From Chrysomallon squamiferum (lineage: Eukaryota > Animalia > Mollusca): DNA of 64,000 bases. The stretch covers positions 4,588,001-4,652,000 of the forward strand of contig CM022674.1 of NCBI GenBank assembly GCA_012295275.1. The letters run 5' to 3'. Below are positions 17,071 to 33,029 of this stretch, piece by piece. Within the stretch, counting starts at the first letter, position 1. Every line of letters starts with the position of its first letter. The notes beneath the pieces were generated by a model. That model saw only the letters and a program-made list of their open reading frames with translations, was not told where the DNA came from and did no database searches. A program made the position numbers and the translations under genes.

Positions 17071-18317
17071 TATCCACGTTTTACGTTTTTATTTTTATTT
17101 TATTTTCTAATTTACATCTGTGAACACGTTATTTTTCTGTCTCCCGGCTTTCTCTTCTTCTTCTTCTTCTTCTTTTTCACCTCTCTTTATTTTTAATTTT
17201 TTTTTTTATTATTCGCGTTTTTCTTCTTTTACTTATTTCCTTTTTTCCTCTTCTTTTCTTCTTCTCGTTTATTTTCCATTTACGTTACGCTTTCATCTTT
17301 CAGATGACGAAGAAAACACGGATCATGAAAGCAGCAGTCAAAACTATAGATGTCCTCAATACTCTAACTGCTGTTTACAAGATTCTATGAGATTCAACAA
17401 TGTCCGCGCTAGTTGCGTGATCGATACCCGTGACAGACCACAATGAGACATATCGTTGTCCGACAAGACAGAGATCTGGAAATGTAGACGTGGATCGATG
17501 GCTTCTCGCCATCAGCAACGACTGGCCATAGTTTCGTTCAACTCAGCAACTTGTAAACATAACCTCGTTTGTAACGAACCCATTTAACGAAAATTACACC
17601 GCCGTTGCAGATAGGTCGCAGTACAGAGACAACGTGTAATTTTTGTTGTTGTTAGTTATCTTCTACTGCTCCTCCTTCTTCGTCGTCTTCTTCTTCTTCT
17701 TCTTCTTCTTCTTCTTCTCCTCCTTCTTCTTCTTCTTCTCATGATTATTATTATTATAATTGTTAGTTTTATTATTATTATTATTATTATTATTGTTGTT
17801 GTTGTTGTTGTTGTTATTGTTTCTGTTGTTATTGATAGTGTTAATTATATTATTATTATTGTTATTATTATTGTTATCGTTATTGATAGTGTTAGTTATA
17901 TTATTATTATTGTTATTATGATTATTATTATTATATTGTTATTATTATTATTAGTAGTAGTAGTAGTAGTAGTAGTAGTACGGAGTTGTTAAAGTTTCTA
18001 TATTCTTCTTATTATTATCATTACTGTCATCATCATCATCGTCAACATCATCATTATTATCATTAGAACCAGTAAAGTACCGTCATTATTATTATCATAT
18101 AATCATATTCACATCTGTTTTTTTTATTATTATAATAATTATTATTACTGTTATTGAGTTACATTATCATATTTTTGTTTTCATTCTAAATAGAAATATA
18201 TGAATTTTCAATTAACGGATACATTTGACAAATTAATGCATGGACTTGTAACACGAACCTTGAATTCAATCTTATCACGTTGCATTTCTTTTAATTACTA
18301 TAATACGTGCTCATATA

Positions 18318-19037
18318 CAGTGCTGCCTTGACTTACGAGTGCCCCAAATTACGAGTTTTCCGAGTTACGAACTCTTGGGCGATTTTGTGCTTTGAGTTGC
18401 GTGCAAAAATCCGAGTTTCGAGCGATCTTCCGATACGCCGCCGCTAGTTGGCGCAATGAACAACACAACATCCAGCTAGTATCCGTGGTTACGTCTTTTA
18501 TTTTTTACAGTATTTTGCCAAGTTTCTTTTTTTTTTCTGACCATGGATCGTAAGAAGGTGAGTGCAAAGAACAGACAGTGGTAAGAAGAAGAAGCGGATG
18601 ATGTCCATTGAATTAAAGCATGAAATCATAGAAAAACATTAGCGAGGTGTGCATGTAGTCGCTTGGCTAGAGAGTACGAGCGTAGTACTTCTACGATGTG
18701 CACCAATACCGAAGCAGAAGGAGTCGATAAAGGCTGTAACTCCAGCCAAAGGCGTTAAAATAATTGGTCTGTTCTCCAAGATAAATACACTTTACAAAAC
18801 CAATTTATTTCTTTGCATTCTTTTTTATTTCAGTTTTATACTATATTTGTCATTTATAAATACATACTTTGTTTTTTAAAAACATGTTACAAAACATTGG
18901 AATGGTATTTGGTGGGCTGGAACGGATTAATGGTATTTCAATTAATTTCAGTTGTTAAAACTGATTTGATATACGAGCAAATTGAGTTACGAGCTCGGGC
19001 ATTGAATGAATTAAATTCGTAAGTCAAGGTACCACTG
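18318..19037 (+). mobile_element. Non-autonomous Tigger/pogo-like (Tc1/mariner superfamily) DNA transposon, 720 bp
   Basis: TIRs CAGTGCTGCCTTGACTTACGA ... TCGTAAGTCAAGGTACCACTG, flanked by TA on both sides. 18543-18765 encodes a decayed CENP-B-type HTH transposase N-terminus (KKKKRMMSIELKHEIIEKH*RGV..LAREYERSTST..KQKESIKAVTPAKGVKII). Confidence 0.9.
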
Positions 19038-19149
19038 TATATTACTTATTGATTACAGCATATTAACATTAATATTCATAATTAATATTTTATGTATATT
19101 GTGGTCATAATATATTTTTTATAAAAATAATAATAATAATGATAATGAA

Positions 19150-19209
<60 letters not shown>

Positions 19210-19909
19210 TATAGTAGTAGTAGTAGTAATGAACAAAAGTCTTAGAATAATCAAAAGAAAAACAAAATGACGACGAAGTCAACTACAAAAAATAACCGTA
19301 GAAAAAAAAACAATGACAAAAGCAACAACTACGACAATCACAACTAGCACACTTGCTGCATCAGCCACCACTGTCAACATGATCACCCGAAACAACAACA
19401 ACAACAGCAAGACTTCTTTTGTTACTACTGACAGCAGTATAATAATAATAATAATAATAATAACAATGACAACAAAACCAACACCGACGACGTCGATGAA
19501 GACAATGGTGATAGTGATTATAGCTGTGATGATGACGACCATATTAATAAGGTTGACAATGCTGATGATCTTGATAACGATGATGATGATGATAATAAAA
19601 GAACAACAACAACAACAACAACAACACCAACAAAACAACAGCAACAACAATCAATAAGTCAATCAATCAATCCATTAGTAATAACAATAACAGCAAACAA
19701 TCAATCAATCAGTATACGTCCTTAATTAATTAATTAAATATTATGCGACGTCAACACCCGTATAAAAAGGAAAGCGTGCCCGTCGTAGACGTGCTTCACA
19801 ACAGCTTGCTCTGATTAGCACGTTAATTTGTTTCACTTCACTACAAATTTCCACTGGGTATAACTACTTTTTCCCGTAGAATGGTATTCTCCGGCTATTC
19901 CATATCGAA

Positions 19910-19941
<32 letters not shown>

Positions 19942-20327
19942 TTCATTAGACAAATGGAATACATTATATGAGTTTTCTGTTTATGGGAGAATTATGGCTC
20001 AGCCTCAGACAGCGATATAAATCAAGCGCAGACAACTGTTGATTATCCAAACACGAAATAAAATCTAGCAACAGCGATGGCTAAGTTCAACGAGAAACGA
20101 ATGAAATCGCTCGACACCGTGTTTTGTTAGTCACGGTGTGAGTGAATCTGGTCACAAAAGTGTGTGTTATTTGCACATGAATAAGAAGAAATTAATAATA
20201 TGAATAATTTTGGAAATGTAACGTGCACGTTATAGTTATGTTGAGAAAAGGTGAGACGACAGGACGTTGCAGATAGAAAGACTGAGAGAAAGGGGGTATA
20301 TGAGAGAAAGAAAGACAGTGACGTTGA

Positions 20328-20402
<75 letters not shown>

Positions 20403-21132
20403 AGAAGAAGAAGAAGAAGAAGAAGAAGAAGAAGAAGAAGAAACAAGAGAGACAGATATTCTGATTAGGCAGACAAGCCACTAGAAATTAACGTACAACA
20501 CAGAAAATCATGTGAAGAAGAGATAAGGACGAACTAGGTGGGAAAAAATATTTATCAAACCGTAACTGAATATATCATGAAGACAGATTATATGAACTCA
20601 ACAAATTAGATTGGTGCAGTACCCTGTCTATTAAAAGGTAATTATATCGACCTTTTTTCTTTTCGTTTCTTATTTATTTTATTTTTTCGTTTTTTTTTTT
20701 TTTCCTTTTTCTTGAAACCTTATACTGCCTGTTATCTCTGACCTGACTGCAGTAAGAATGTTTTTAATTTAATGTCTCCGGGTTCAAACTTCAAAATAGG
20801 ACAAGATAGGGATACATACGTGAGTACAACAATAATAAACAAACATACATACACGGTCTTTATGTCTAAGTGTGCGCAAATGGGTGTCATACGTTCGAGT
20901 CTCGTCAGCGGCATCTGACGGGGTTTGTGAGGTCGTGATTGAACTTTGTCCTCCTGCGCCAGTGCGTTCCCGAATATTGTCTATGTGCAGAGTCTATTCA
21001 GACGTACATGAGACAGAAAATATTCAAAATCCTACACTACACATAAGCTTGCATATACGCAAAAACACACAGATATATATATATATAGATAAATAGATAG
21101 ATAGATAGATAGATAGATAAATAAATAGATAC

Positions 21133-21199
<67 letters not shown>

Positions 21200-22554
21200 T
21201 ACACACAGACACACAAACATACATACGTACGTACAAGGTACGTACATGCATTATACGTAAATAATTATTTTTTTCAAATGCTTATTATCATCAGTTTCAA
21301 TATATTATCTTCTTCTTGCTACTGTTGTTGTAAATAAACAAAAAAGAAAGAAAATAAATGAAGAAAACAAGAAAATTAGGAAATAAAATCAATCAACAGA
21401 GAACAAATTTCCTTCTTTGGGCCTCTTTTGTCTCACTACGATTGGAACAAATTAGCTTTCGCACCTCTTCGGAAGACTGTTAATCATTGTTTTACTCCAG
21501 CAATGATGAACATAATCTTGTCAGAGGGATATACTTCGTTTTGAGTAATTGAATATATTTCGAATTATAGCATGACATTTTTTTAAACGTATTGTTGTGT
21601 TGTTTTGTTTCTTGATGTGTTGTTGTTGTTGGTTGTTTGTTTGTTTTGTTTTTTGATGTTTTTTTATTGTTTTTTTTTTTTTATTATGATATATAAATAT
21701 ATGATTTATTAAGATTTAGAAAAATAATGAAAATAATAAAAGAAAAAAATGGTAAATAGGCCTAATATAGAGAAACATAGAGATGTTAAAAATAAATAAA
21801 TAAATAAATACACGCCAAAAGATACACATGCGACTCTGTGACGTGAATGGGTCAATCAGAAGATTTGCTGGGAAACAACTTGTTGAAGTTCGTTTGCTGT
21901 CAGTCAGCCACATTAGACGGGTTTTATATCCATTAAGCAATACGCTGCAGTGATTGGATCGATTACTCTCAAAGAGACAGATGCAGTAATCAACAGCGTG
22001 GACGTCGTTAATGTAATGGATGCGGCGTGGTCGTTAAAGCGATGACGAAGTTAGTTTGTAACGATGAAGCATTTTTTTTTTTTTTTTTTTTTTTTTAATT
22101 TCAATTTAATTTTATTTTTATTTATTTATTAATTATTTAATTCTATTCTTTTCTATTCTATGTTTTTTTATTCTCTTCCGAATTATTCTATTCTATTCTA
22201 TTCTATTCCGTATTGTTCCATTCTATTAATCTTGTTCTACTCTATTCCAGTCTATTCTAGTCTATTCTACTCTATTCTATTCTATTTTACTCTATTCTGT
22301 TCCATTCCATTCTATTCTATTCTATTTTTTATTTTTATTTTTTTTATTCTTATTAATTTGTAGTTTTCTGGGTGAATGAGATCTAGATGGTGAAGAAATG
22401 AGAAGAAAAGAAAGAAAGAAAAGAGAAATGTGGGCAAGGTAGTGTTGGACAAATACCTGGATTACTGCCTTGACAGACACAGATTTGAAGAGTATGTAAT
22501 TATTGAGGTTTTTAGGAATAAAATACAATAGACAGACATAGACGTATATACATA

Positions 22555-22714
<160 letters not shown>

Positions 22715-23021
22715 CAGACAAAAAGACAAAACGATAAATAAACTGATGGATGGACAATGATAGGTGGGTAAGTAGATTAGTAGATAGACAGTGAAACAGA
22801 CAAGCAGATAGATAACCAGACAGACAGATACATAGACAGATAGAAAGACAGTCAGAGAGACAGTCGGATAGACAAAACGAGATGTGTGTGTATAAGTAAC
22901 AGAGAGAAACAAAGAGAGAGAGAGAGATATGTTACAAAAGATTCATACATATGATGATATAACACAAAGATAATGGCGCCATGTAAAAACCTGACAACAG
23001 AGACGCGATGTTATAGAAAGG

Positions 23022-23210
23022 TGTGTTTTAATTAGCCGAGCAGGTGAGAGGTGAGGTTTAGACTCGACTTGTTGATCTGACGAAAACAAGCTGAAGCGGA
23101 GAAAGCTTTCTGCGTGCAGCCGCTGATTACCTTGACAAGTGAACGAAATAAGGCGGATGTCGGAATTTTATCTCCAGTCGATCGATACGAAGAATCAATT
23201 TAATACACGA
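23022..23210 (+). other. Conserved non-coding element, copy 1 (inverted copy at 31880-32089)
   Basis: Core acttgttgatctgacgaaaa(c/t)aagctgaagcggagaaagctttctgcgtgcagccgctgattaccttgacaagtgaac is nearly identical on the opposite strand at ~31967-32050. Confidence 0.8.
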
Positions 23211-23744
23211 TGCCGCCTGCATTTCTATAAATGTTTACGTACTTACATACATACATATGTACATACGTGACATACATATGTACATACATACATACATACA
23301 CATATACATACGTGACATACATACATACATACACATATTAATACGTGACATACATAGATGCATGCAAATGTACATACTTTAACACAATTATTGTAGGATT
23401 TTTATAAATACAAACACACGCACATACATATACGTACTTTACACACACACACACACACACACATGTATATAATGAAGTCGTAGATAGAGGCAACTAAATA
23501 TGTTTTAGATGACAGACTAAAGTGATAGCGAGAGAGAATTTCCGAGTTCTTATACACATTGCAGGGATCCACGGACTGCAGGTATCCAGCAAGGATACAA
23601 ATTTGAATTTGATCCCAGCTCTGCGTCCCAGTCTATGTCTTAATCCTGTTCATCTTAACAGCAGAAATATTCTGGACTGGATGCAAGTCTAGGAACCTTT
23701 TCAAAACACTTTCTACGACCAGAGCCAGAACCCACTTTACCGTC

Positions 23745-23875
23745 TAATGAAGCAATCAGTATTTCACTTAACGTTTTCAAACCTTTTCACATCCGCTGAA
23801 GGTTGTGGCACGCCTATATTGGACAGGCAGTCATATTCAGATGTGGTCTCGATTCATCGTGTATAAGATTGAAGA
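23745..23875 (-). mobile_element. Highly degenerate LINE (CR1/L2-like) RT C-terminal fragment
   Basis: With one frameshift the minus strand reads RPHL(E)YDC...ADVKRFENVK, reminiscent of the RPHLEY...DI..LE.VQR motif of CR1/L2 ORF2. Confidence 0.35.
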
Positions 23876-25421
23876 AAAAAACGATTAGTTGAATAGAATT
23901 GAGTTGTTTTAACCGCCAGTTCGGAAGCGGTACAGCGGCATGAATCAAGTGCTCATAGGTCGCGATGCTGGTCGAATTGCTGTAGAAATTAGTTTACCGA
24001 TTCTGATATCCATGGGAGATTTACATACATGCATACATAGTGGTTGATAGTGTGCTTGTTTGTTTGGATTTTGTTTTTAGTTGTTTTGCTGAGGGGGGTT
24101 GTGTGTTTTTTTATTGTTTTATGTTTTTGTTATGTTTCTGTGTTGTTGCTCTTTTTTTTTTTTCTTTTTTTTTTCCCTTTCTTTTTTTTTTTTTTTTTTT
24201 TAGAATTTTGTTGTTGTGGACGTTTGCTTTTTGTTGCTATTTGTTTTGGGTGGGTCACCATCAACAGCAAACATCGAAGACTCTGTGACAGTGGCATTAA
24301 TAGTACTACTACTACAACTACTACTACTATTACTACTACTACTACAACTACTACTACTATTACTACTACTACTACTACTACTAATACTATTACTACTACT
24401 ACTACTAATAATAATAATAATGATAATACTGTTACTACTACTACTACTATTATTACTATTACTACTACTACTACTACTAGTACTACTACTAATAATAATA
24501 ATAAATGAGATAATTAATTAACCCCAAAAAAACAACAAATTTTCAGATTAAACTGGTGAACTCTGCATTATTATCGTCATTTCAAAATAATGCAGAGGAG
24601 GAAACCAAAGTAGAAAGAAAAAAAAAAAAAAAAAAAACAATCTGGCGAGAGGGAAAAAAATGGAAGAAAAAAAAACAAGGAAAACACTTTCACGTGATGA
24701 AGAAAGAGGAGATAATTACATCTACAGATGGCAGTCGTATCGATTGATTTCAAACAAGTAATTGCAAAGTGACTGATGTCTCGGTTTGGCAGTGAGCAGA
24801 CGATACTCAAACCTGCGAACAGAAATCACTTGTCGTGTGATCTGATACGAGTAACTTCCCTGGCGATGTTTGCTCGGATTAACAGACCGCATGCGAGCTA
24901 ACGTGTCTTTAAAAAATGAAGTAATAATTGCCTCCCCATGTAGAGGGCGTTTGCACTGTATCTTTCTATCAGTGTTTCTGCTCTGCGTTAGGTCCTTTGG
25001 AGTCAGTTCTAATTATTTCGGAAAGATCGCGACGGTTTTATGTTTGCCAAATTTTAATTTTTCTTCTTTCTTTCTTCATTTTTATTTTTATTTTTTTTTT
25101 TTTTTTTTTTTTTTTTTGATGATGATCGCTGTTATAACTGTTACAGTAAACTTTGAAAAGCGACGTATAATTCTGTTGTATACATGTTTATTGTTTGCGG
25201 TGTGATAAACAGATTTTAGATGTGGATAGATCAAGATAATTGGTCTGTCTGCATCTCCGACTGTCTGTCTATTTATCTGTCTATTTATGACATTATTTGC
25301 CTATCTCTGTCTGTCTGTGTCTTACAGTGTCTCTCGAATCTCACTTGTTACAGTGATTATATTATTGTTTTGTTCCTGCTTAGTGCCCCCATTTGCAGAA
25401 GAAAATAATGTGATTGTTTTG

Positions 25422-25463
<42 letters not shown>

Positions 25464-25540
25464 CTCGTTTTTAAACATAAAAATTATTAAATAACGTAAA
25501 CCATTATTCTCATTTGATAATTTACGTTGTATATGTTCAA

Positions 25541-25616
<76 letters not shown>

Positions 25617-26238
25617 TCATCATCATCATCATCATTACCACTTATTATTAGTTTTAATTCTTAATTTAATTTTTTTTTTTTTTAATTTTAATATGTGTGT
25701 AAAGTAATATTCGGTTTTACAAATACTTATATTTTATCAATTTCATTTGTTTGCATTTGGATACACACGATTACACATACAAATTTTAATTATAATTTTA
25801 TTGATTTAGATATTAAATTATACAAATGTTTATCTGATCAACAGTAGTTCGCAGCTGGATGTGAATGAATATATATATATGCGGTTTATATCAAATTATC
25901 GAAATATTTATTTCATCAGACGTTCACTAGTATTGTAAATAATCCAATAACATCGCTTGTGCTTAATTTCGTATATCGATATTTTGCTTATAAACAATGA
26001 CATATATAATTTACGAGCGAGGCACGCTGTTTAGTTAATTCTTGCATATTCAATGATATTAAGGAATACCGACAAATGGATTTAGGCCCGAGAACATGCA
26101 GCATATTCGCTGGTGAATTTTTTATTAGCTTCCTGTGACAAAAGTACCTAATTTTTATCTCGTGAATTTACGTAGAGCTTCATTCTGTCACATTTAAATA
26201 TTCGAGTTAAACAACAATCGAGTTATCTACACATTATT

Positions 26239-26278
<40 letters not shown>

Positions 26279-26650
26279 TTGTTCATACACTTCCTCTTTT
26301 TTCTCTCTTTTTTTCTCCTTTTCTTTCTATTGTGTTGTTTTATTACTCCTATAGTTTAACGATAATAATAACTGCGATCATGATGATAATAATTATAATT
26401 ATAGTAGTGGTAATAGCAGAAGTAGAAGAAATAATATAATAGCATTTTAGCAACGGTATCTATATTGATGGTAATGGTTGCAGTAATATCAATATTAGTA
26501 GTAGTAGTACTAGTTGTAGTAGTTGTAGTAGTAGTAGTTGTAGTGGGAGTAGTAGTAGTAACAATACTGGAAGTATTAGCAGAAGAAGTAATAATAGGTT
26601 TACATTCGAACACATTGAAAATAAAAACAGTAGTAGCAGTAGTAATAGTG

Positions 26651-26698
<48 letters not shown>

Positions 26699-26803
26699 CA
26701 CGTAGTAGTAACGGTTTTAATAGCAGCTTTAATAATAATAATAGGTTTACATTCAAATAGATAGAAAGTAAAAATAATCCACAAACCAAAAAGTGACTGA
26801 AGG

Positions 26804-26896
<93 letters not shown>

Positions 26897-27107
26897 AGAG
26901 AGAGAGAAGAAGAAGAAGACGACGAAAAAGGGTAATATAATAATAACAATAATAAGAAGAAGAAGAATAAAGAAGAAGACGACGAATGAAACAACAGAAC
27001 GAAACAATAAATAAATGAACAAATAAATAACATTACAAATAACAAATATAAATCGGAAGCGAGTACGTTTAACTGTGAATCGGTTATCAAAACTAATAAC
27101 CGTTATG

Positions 27108-27247
27108 ACGTCTAGGACAACAGTTATAACTAACCGCATGGCGTTTATTTTTTTAAACAAGAATTTCTTTATCGTTACGTCTAGGACAACAGTTATAACT
27201 AACCGCATGGCGTTATTTTTTCAAACAAGAATTTCTTTATCGTTACG
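27108..27247 (+). repeat. Two-copy ~69-bp tandem duplication
   Basis: acgtctaggacaacagttataactaaccgcatggcg...aagaatttctttatcgttacg repeated head-to-tail. Confidence 0.9.
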
Positions 27248-27659
27248 GTCCAGTATAATGAACGCTCTTCAGTGAGACGTTATCGAGACGGTCAATGGAC
27301 GGCAATGTCTGGTACAGCTCATTTGCTTTTCAAGATTCGCTGTCTTAATGGCAGCCTGCCAGGCAAACGATAACAAGTATTTCATAGAAAACCAGCACTG
27401 ATTCGTTTTGCATACAGAAGTTTCATTTAGCAGCAGCAGCAGCGTTTCGTTGACCGCTGACGTGATGGATGTAGATTCGGTGACAAGAAAAGTCTAAGCT
27501 TGCCGCCTCTGGGCTTATTAGGTCCTGAGATCAATTCTCGGAAACGATAATATATGACTGATTGGTATTGGTGGTGTTGTTGTTGTTTGTTTGTTTCTGT
27601 CTCTATGTCTCTCTCTCTCTGTCTGTCTGTCTGTCTGTTTCTCTCTCTCTTTTTCTTCT

Positions 27660-27777
<118 letters not shown>

Positions 27778-28433
27778 GTGTGTGTGTGTGTGTGTGTGTC
27801 GTTCATTCTTATTTTCCAGTCAATTCTACACGCATTGAAGGCGTTTTTATTTTAATTTTTCAAATATTTATGTGTATATATATGTATTTGTCAGTACTTG
27901 CTTACGATCATATTACCATACGTGTATATGTTAAAATACACACACACACATCTATTCATATAATCTCATTCTTTACTTTTCATTGTTTATTTAATATCTT
28001 AGATATGCGTTAAGCCTTAAAATAAAACCATATCAAAAGATATTAAGTTGACGTTAAACGAATTTATTCTTTTCATCTCTATTATCAAAAGAAAACAACA
28101 ACAACATACCCATATTTTCTAGATGCCCGTGAAATCATATAATAACGAAATAACGATAAACAACTGTCGGTTCATATTGCCTACACCCGAAAGTGAAAGT
28201 TAATGTCCTAATTTTTCTTTTCTCTGGTGTCAAGTTTCTGATTAACCGATATACTCCGGAAAAGCAGGACATTAATGACGCATAATCTACAGAATATGAA
28301 ATATTGATTTAGGAAAACGTGGCAGAACCAATTCAGATTCATTATGTTTTGTAGATTGTCGAGAAATCTTTCTTCTAGTATTGATTTTAAATCTACACCT
28401 GAGTGTATCAAAAAAAAAATGTAGACGTATGTA

Positions 28434-28980
<547 letters not shown>

Positions 28981-29925
28981 CTTATACGTATTATCTTCTT
29001 CATTTTTCATCATCATAATCATTATTCCGTAAAAAATCGTCATCTGTTTTTCTGCTTATGGTTATTATTCTGTTATTATAACAACGAACATAACAATTTA
29101 CATAAACAACTAAAACGATTAGATAATAAACCCAGTCCAGATAAATAGGAAAACAAAACCCAGAGCAACAGCTACGTGGATGTATGGATGTGTGTCAAAT
29201 TTGAAGAAACAAAGTTGTATTAGTTTTATTTTCATAATAATAATGATAACAACAACAATAACAAGAACTAAAGAAAGAATGATACAAATTCTTTTCCTTC
29301 TTCTTCTTCTTCTTCTTCTTATTATTATTATTACTACTACTACTACTACTACTACTATTATTATTATCATTATTAGTGTCGTTCTTGTTGTTGTTGTTGT
29401 TGTTGTTACTGAACAACTGACTGAAAATAAACGTCCATTAAATTTAATTATTGCAGTTGTTGCTCGTGATCTTCATATATTTTTTTTCTTGTTAATTTAT
29501 CTTTCCTAGCATGCTATACGGGATCACTTGAAACCGGTTATCTTAATGCTGTGGTAATCAAGATGAAGACTAGACTACCTGAAGGAATAAAAATGTCCGG
29601 GTCGTTGGATAATATGGCGCCAGTCTGCATGCTGGTATCTTTAATGTAACATAACAAAGCCACGTAACATAGCACAGTATAAAAATAATTATATTTATAA
29701 AATAATATAATATAATATAATATAGTATAATATAATATAATATAATATAATATAATATAATATGATATAATATAATATGATATAGTATGATATAATACAA
29801 TATAATATAATATGATTTAACAATAAAACATAATAAAACATACATAATGTAAGTACAGTTACCTAGGTTTAAACCTTTCGACTTTGGTATACATTTCATG
29901 GACAAAATAATGATATTTGACAAGT

Positions 29926-29961
<36 letters not shown>

Positions 29962-30026
29962 CATAATCTTGGATTATATCTTAAATATGCATTTTATTAG
30001 TTTATCGTCATATTTCATTGTCTATC

Positions 30027-30067
<41 letters not shown>

Positions 30068-30399
30068 TATTCATATTCGTGTCTTACGATGAAAAGTGAA
30101 ATACGTTGAGAAACGAACATACAATGTAATAATTTAAATATAATTGGTTTTCTCCAGCAACATATAAATTATTAATGCAGGTTTAAACAACATTTGAAAA
30201 TGAAGTGACATCCATCTTCTACATCTTGATGATTAAACGTCTGATATTTGTGTTGTGGTCTTTCAGTACAGAAATGTCTAGCTGGTTCAAGTGCAACAGC
30301 TAAGAAAAAACTCGAAATTCTGTAACGAGAACAGTTTGGCAAGACGGCTCTGATATTCTGCAATAATGCAACAAAAAAAAAAAAAAAAAAAAAAAATTC

Positions 30400-30687
30400 C
30401 GGTTAAATCCTTATTGATCTTACATTTGGAAGCGTTTACCGATATACAGTTTCTCTCTTGAACAAAATTAACTGTTAATCGAATTTTTCACATTTTAAAG
30501 AAAAAAGTAAAAAATTTAATGTCTCGCGGATACTGGTTGCACAAAACATTTTAAATCGTTTTCCGATATAGTACTGACGTGAAATGCGTCTGGTAAATCC
30601 TTAGAAATTGTACATAGGGAAGAGTTTTCTAATGCACAATTTCTCTCTTGGAGAAAATTGTCTGATAACCCGATTTTACACCTTTAA

Positions 30688-30723
<36 letters not shown>

Positions 30724-30870
30724 TTAGTATATTGGACATGTTGATTGAACCAAACATTTAAGAGATATTTTGAAAATAGTACTGAATACAAAATACATCT
30801 GTCAAAAATGTACAGTTTCTGTCTCAAATAAAATTTACTATTAATCGTATATGCACAGTTTAATAATAAT
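30400..30870 (+). repeat. Degenerate ~190-bp tandem repeat, ~3 units
   Basis: taaatcctta...caatttctctcttg..aaaatt..ctg.taa recurs at ~30405, ~30595 and, partially, ~30810. Confidence 0.6.
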
Positions 30871-31879
30871 AATAATAATAATAATAAAATAATAATAACA
30901 ATTCATTTTCTGAGACATGGCGTTTATCCCAGACCTCAACGAAATCTGAAGCAAATGTTTGACGTTGCGAATTGAACATCGTAAAAGCCCGTCGTTCGGC
31001 GATTTCTCAAATACAGTTATCAGTTCCTAATATCCTCAGCCGGTATTTTTAACTATTCTTGTTTTTCCTACCTACGCATAAATGAAGACTTGCGAGTTTG
31101 TCTTAAAAGCCACTACTTCTGTCAACATTTCAGTATTGTATGTGGGATGAAAACGCTCTTATATCAAAGCGATGATTCACCACGACAGAAACGTAAGATA
31201 ACGAAGACGGGAGACTTTGAGTCTTATTCAGATACACAACCTGTGACATATTTCTAAAGACGTGCCGCGAACATTAAAGCTATGCAATGTGGATGCATAT
31301 TTTCGGGTTGTTTATTGTTTTTGTTTCTTGTAAATTCGACATAGAAATATGCTGCTATTAACACACTAACCTGTTTACTCAAAAACCTTGAATGTGTTTT
31401 TCATCGCCTGAACAAATAATACGTCAAGAATTTAATTTGTTCTTTTCAGTAAGAAAACTTCATCGGATTTCTTTTTCGATTAATTATTTATTTTTCCCCA
31501 TTAAGAGACAAAATGGTGTGTTTTCAGACTCTTCATGTTTGTATGTATGTATGTATGTATCTAGGTAGGAAGGTAGTTGATTTTGTTTGTATGTAAATGT
31601 ATTTGTATATGTTTACTTATGTATGTACGTACGTACGTAGGTCTTTATATATATATGTATGTTTATATATATCTGTCTGTGTGTGTGTACATATGAAGGC
31701 AGGTATGCGTGTATGTATGTTTTAAAAACAAGCATACATAAAAAAAAAAAACATAATACCATACACACAGCAAGACAAAATTAATAATTTATATCAATCC
31801 AAATCTGTATTAAAGGGAAAAACAAAGTAAAGTAAAGAAGATGTAGAAGAAAAAAAAACAGGAATACAAACGCTGATGA

Positions 31880-32089
31880 TATCATGTATTAAATTGATTC
31901 TTCATAAACAGTTTTTCCTCTGGTATCGATCGACTGCAGATAAAGTTGAGACGGCCTCCTTGTTTTTGTTCACTTGTCAAGGTAATCAGCGGCTGCACGC
32001 AGAAAGCTTTCTCCGCTTCAGCTTATTTTCGTCAGATCAACAAGTCGACTTTACACCTCAACTTTCACCTGCTGGGCTAATGAAAACAC
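31880..32089 (-). other. Conserved non-coding element, copy 2 (inverted relative to 23022-23210)
   Basis: Reverse-complement match to 23022-23210. Confidence 0.8.
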
Positions 32090-32179
32090 TCATCGCTTGC
32101 AACTCCATAATCAGATAGATAACACACATGCGCGTATATACCTGCCTTCATATACACGCGTAGACAGATACATATATAA

Positions 32180-32210
<31 letters not shown>

Positions 32211-32246
32211 CATACCTACCGACGTACGTACGTACGTACCTACCTA

Positions 32247-32318
<72 letters not shown>

Positions 32319-32835
32319 TAAATTCATACGTACCTAACTACCTTCCTATATATATATATATATACATTAAATTCATTCAGACAAGTACGTACATACATAA
32401 ATATATACATACATACAAACATACTTAACTACCTACCTACCAAGTTAGCTAGACAAACACACACACACACACACACACATATTTTACACGTATTCGAACA
32501 CTACATACATACATGTATGTCAGTCTGTCAGGCTATCAGCGTATCTACCCGTTTATTTGTCTACGTATCTACCAATCTGTCTACCTGTCTGTCTGACTAT
32601 ATGACTCTCTGTCTGTCTGTATTATTTGCAATTCCTGAACAGATCTCTTATGATAAAAAAAAAAGTTGATATCAGTATGCCAATTTTCACATAAAATGAT
32701 TTACTTTTCTGAAAAGATAAGAATTACAATGGATGTTGACTAAGATAAGCTTTATTTATCTAAGTTTTGAATGTGTGAATCTGGTTCATTTGGAATAAAT
32801 ATACTTTTAAACGTTTCCTTGAATTGCCACATCAT

Positions 32836-32936
<101 letters not shown>

Positions 32937-33029
32937 TTACTACTATTACAACCCTTTCTAGTATTACCAACATAAGTGCGTATCTGATTTTGATGTTATA
33001 ACGACTTTTCTGAGATTATGAATCAAACC

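Noticed and set aside
20855-20915. tRNA-like B-box (GTTCGAGTC) and 3' end
   Set aside because: No convincing A-box or cloverleaf; at most a decayed SINE head.
23075-23150. CTGACGA ... GAAA suggesting a hammerhead ribozyme
   Set aside because: No stem II can form between CTGACGA and either downstream GAAA, and the second GAAA is not conserved in the inverted copy.
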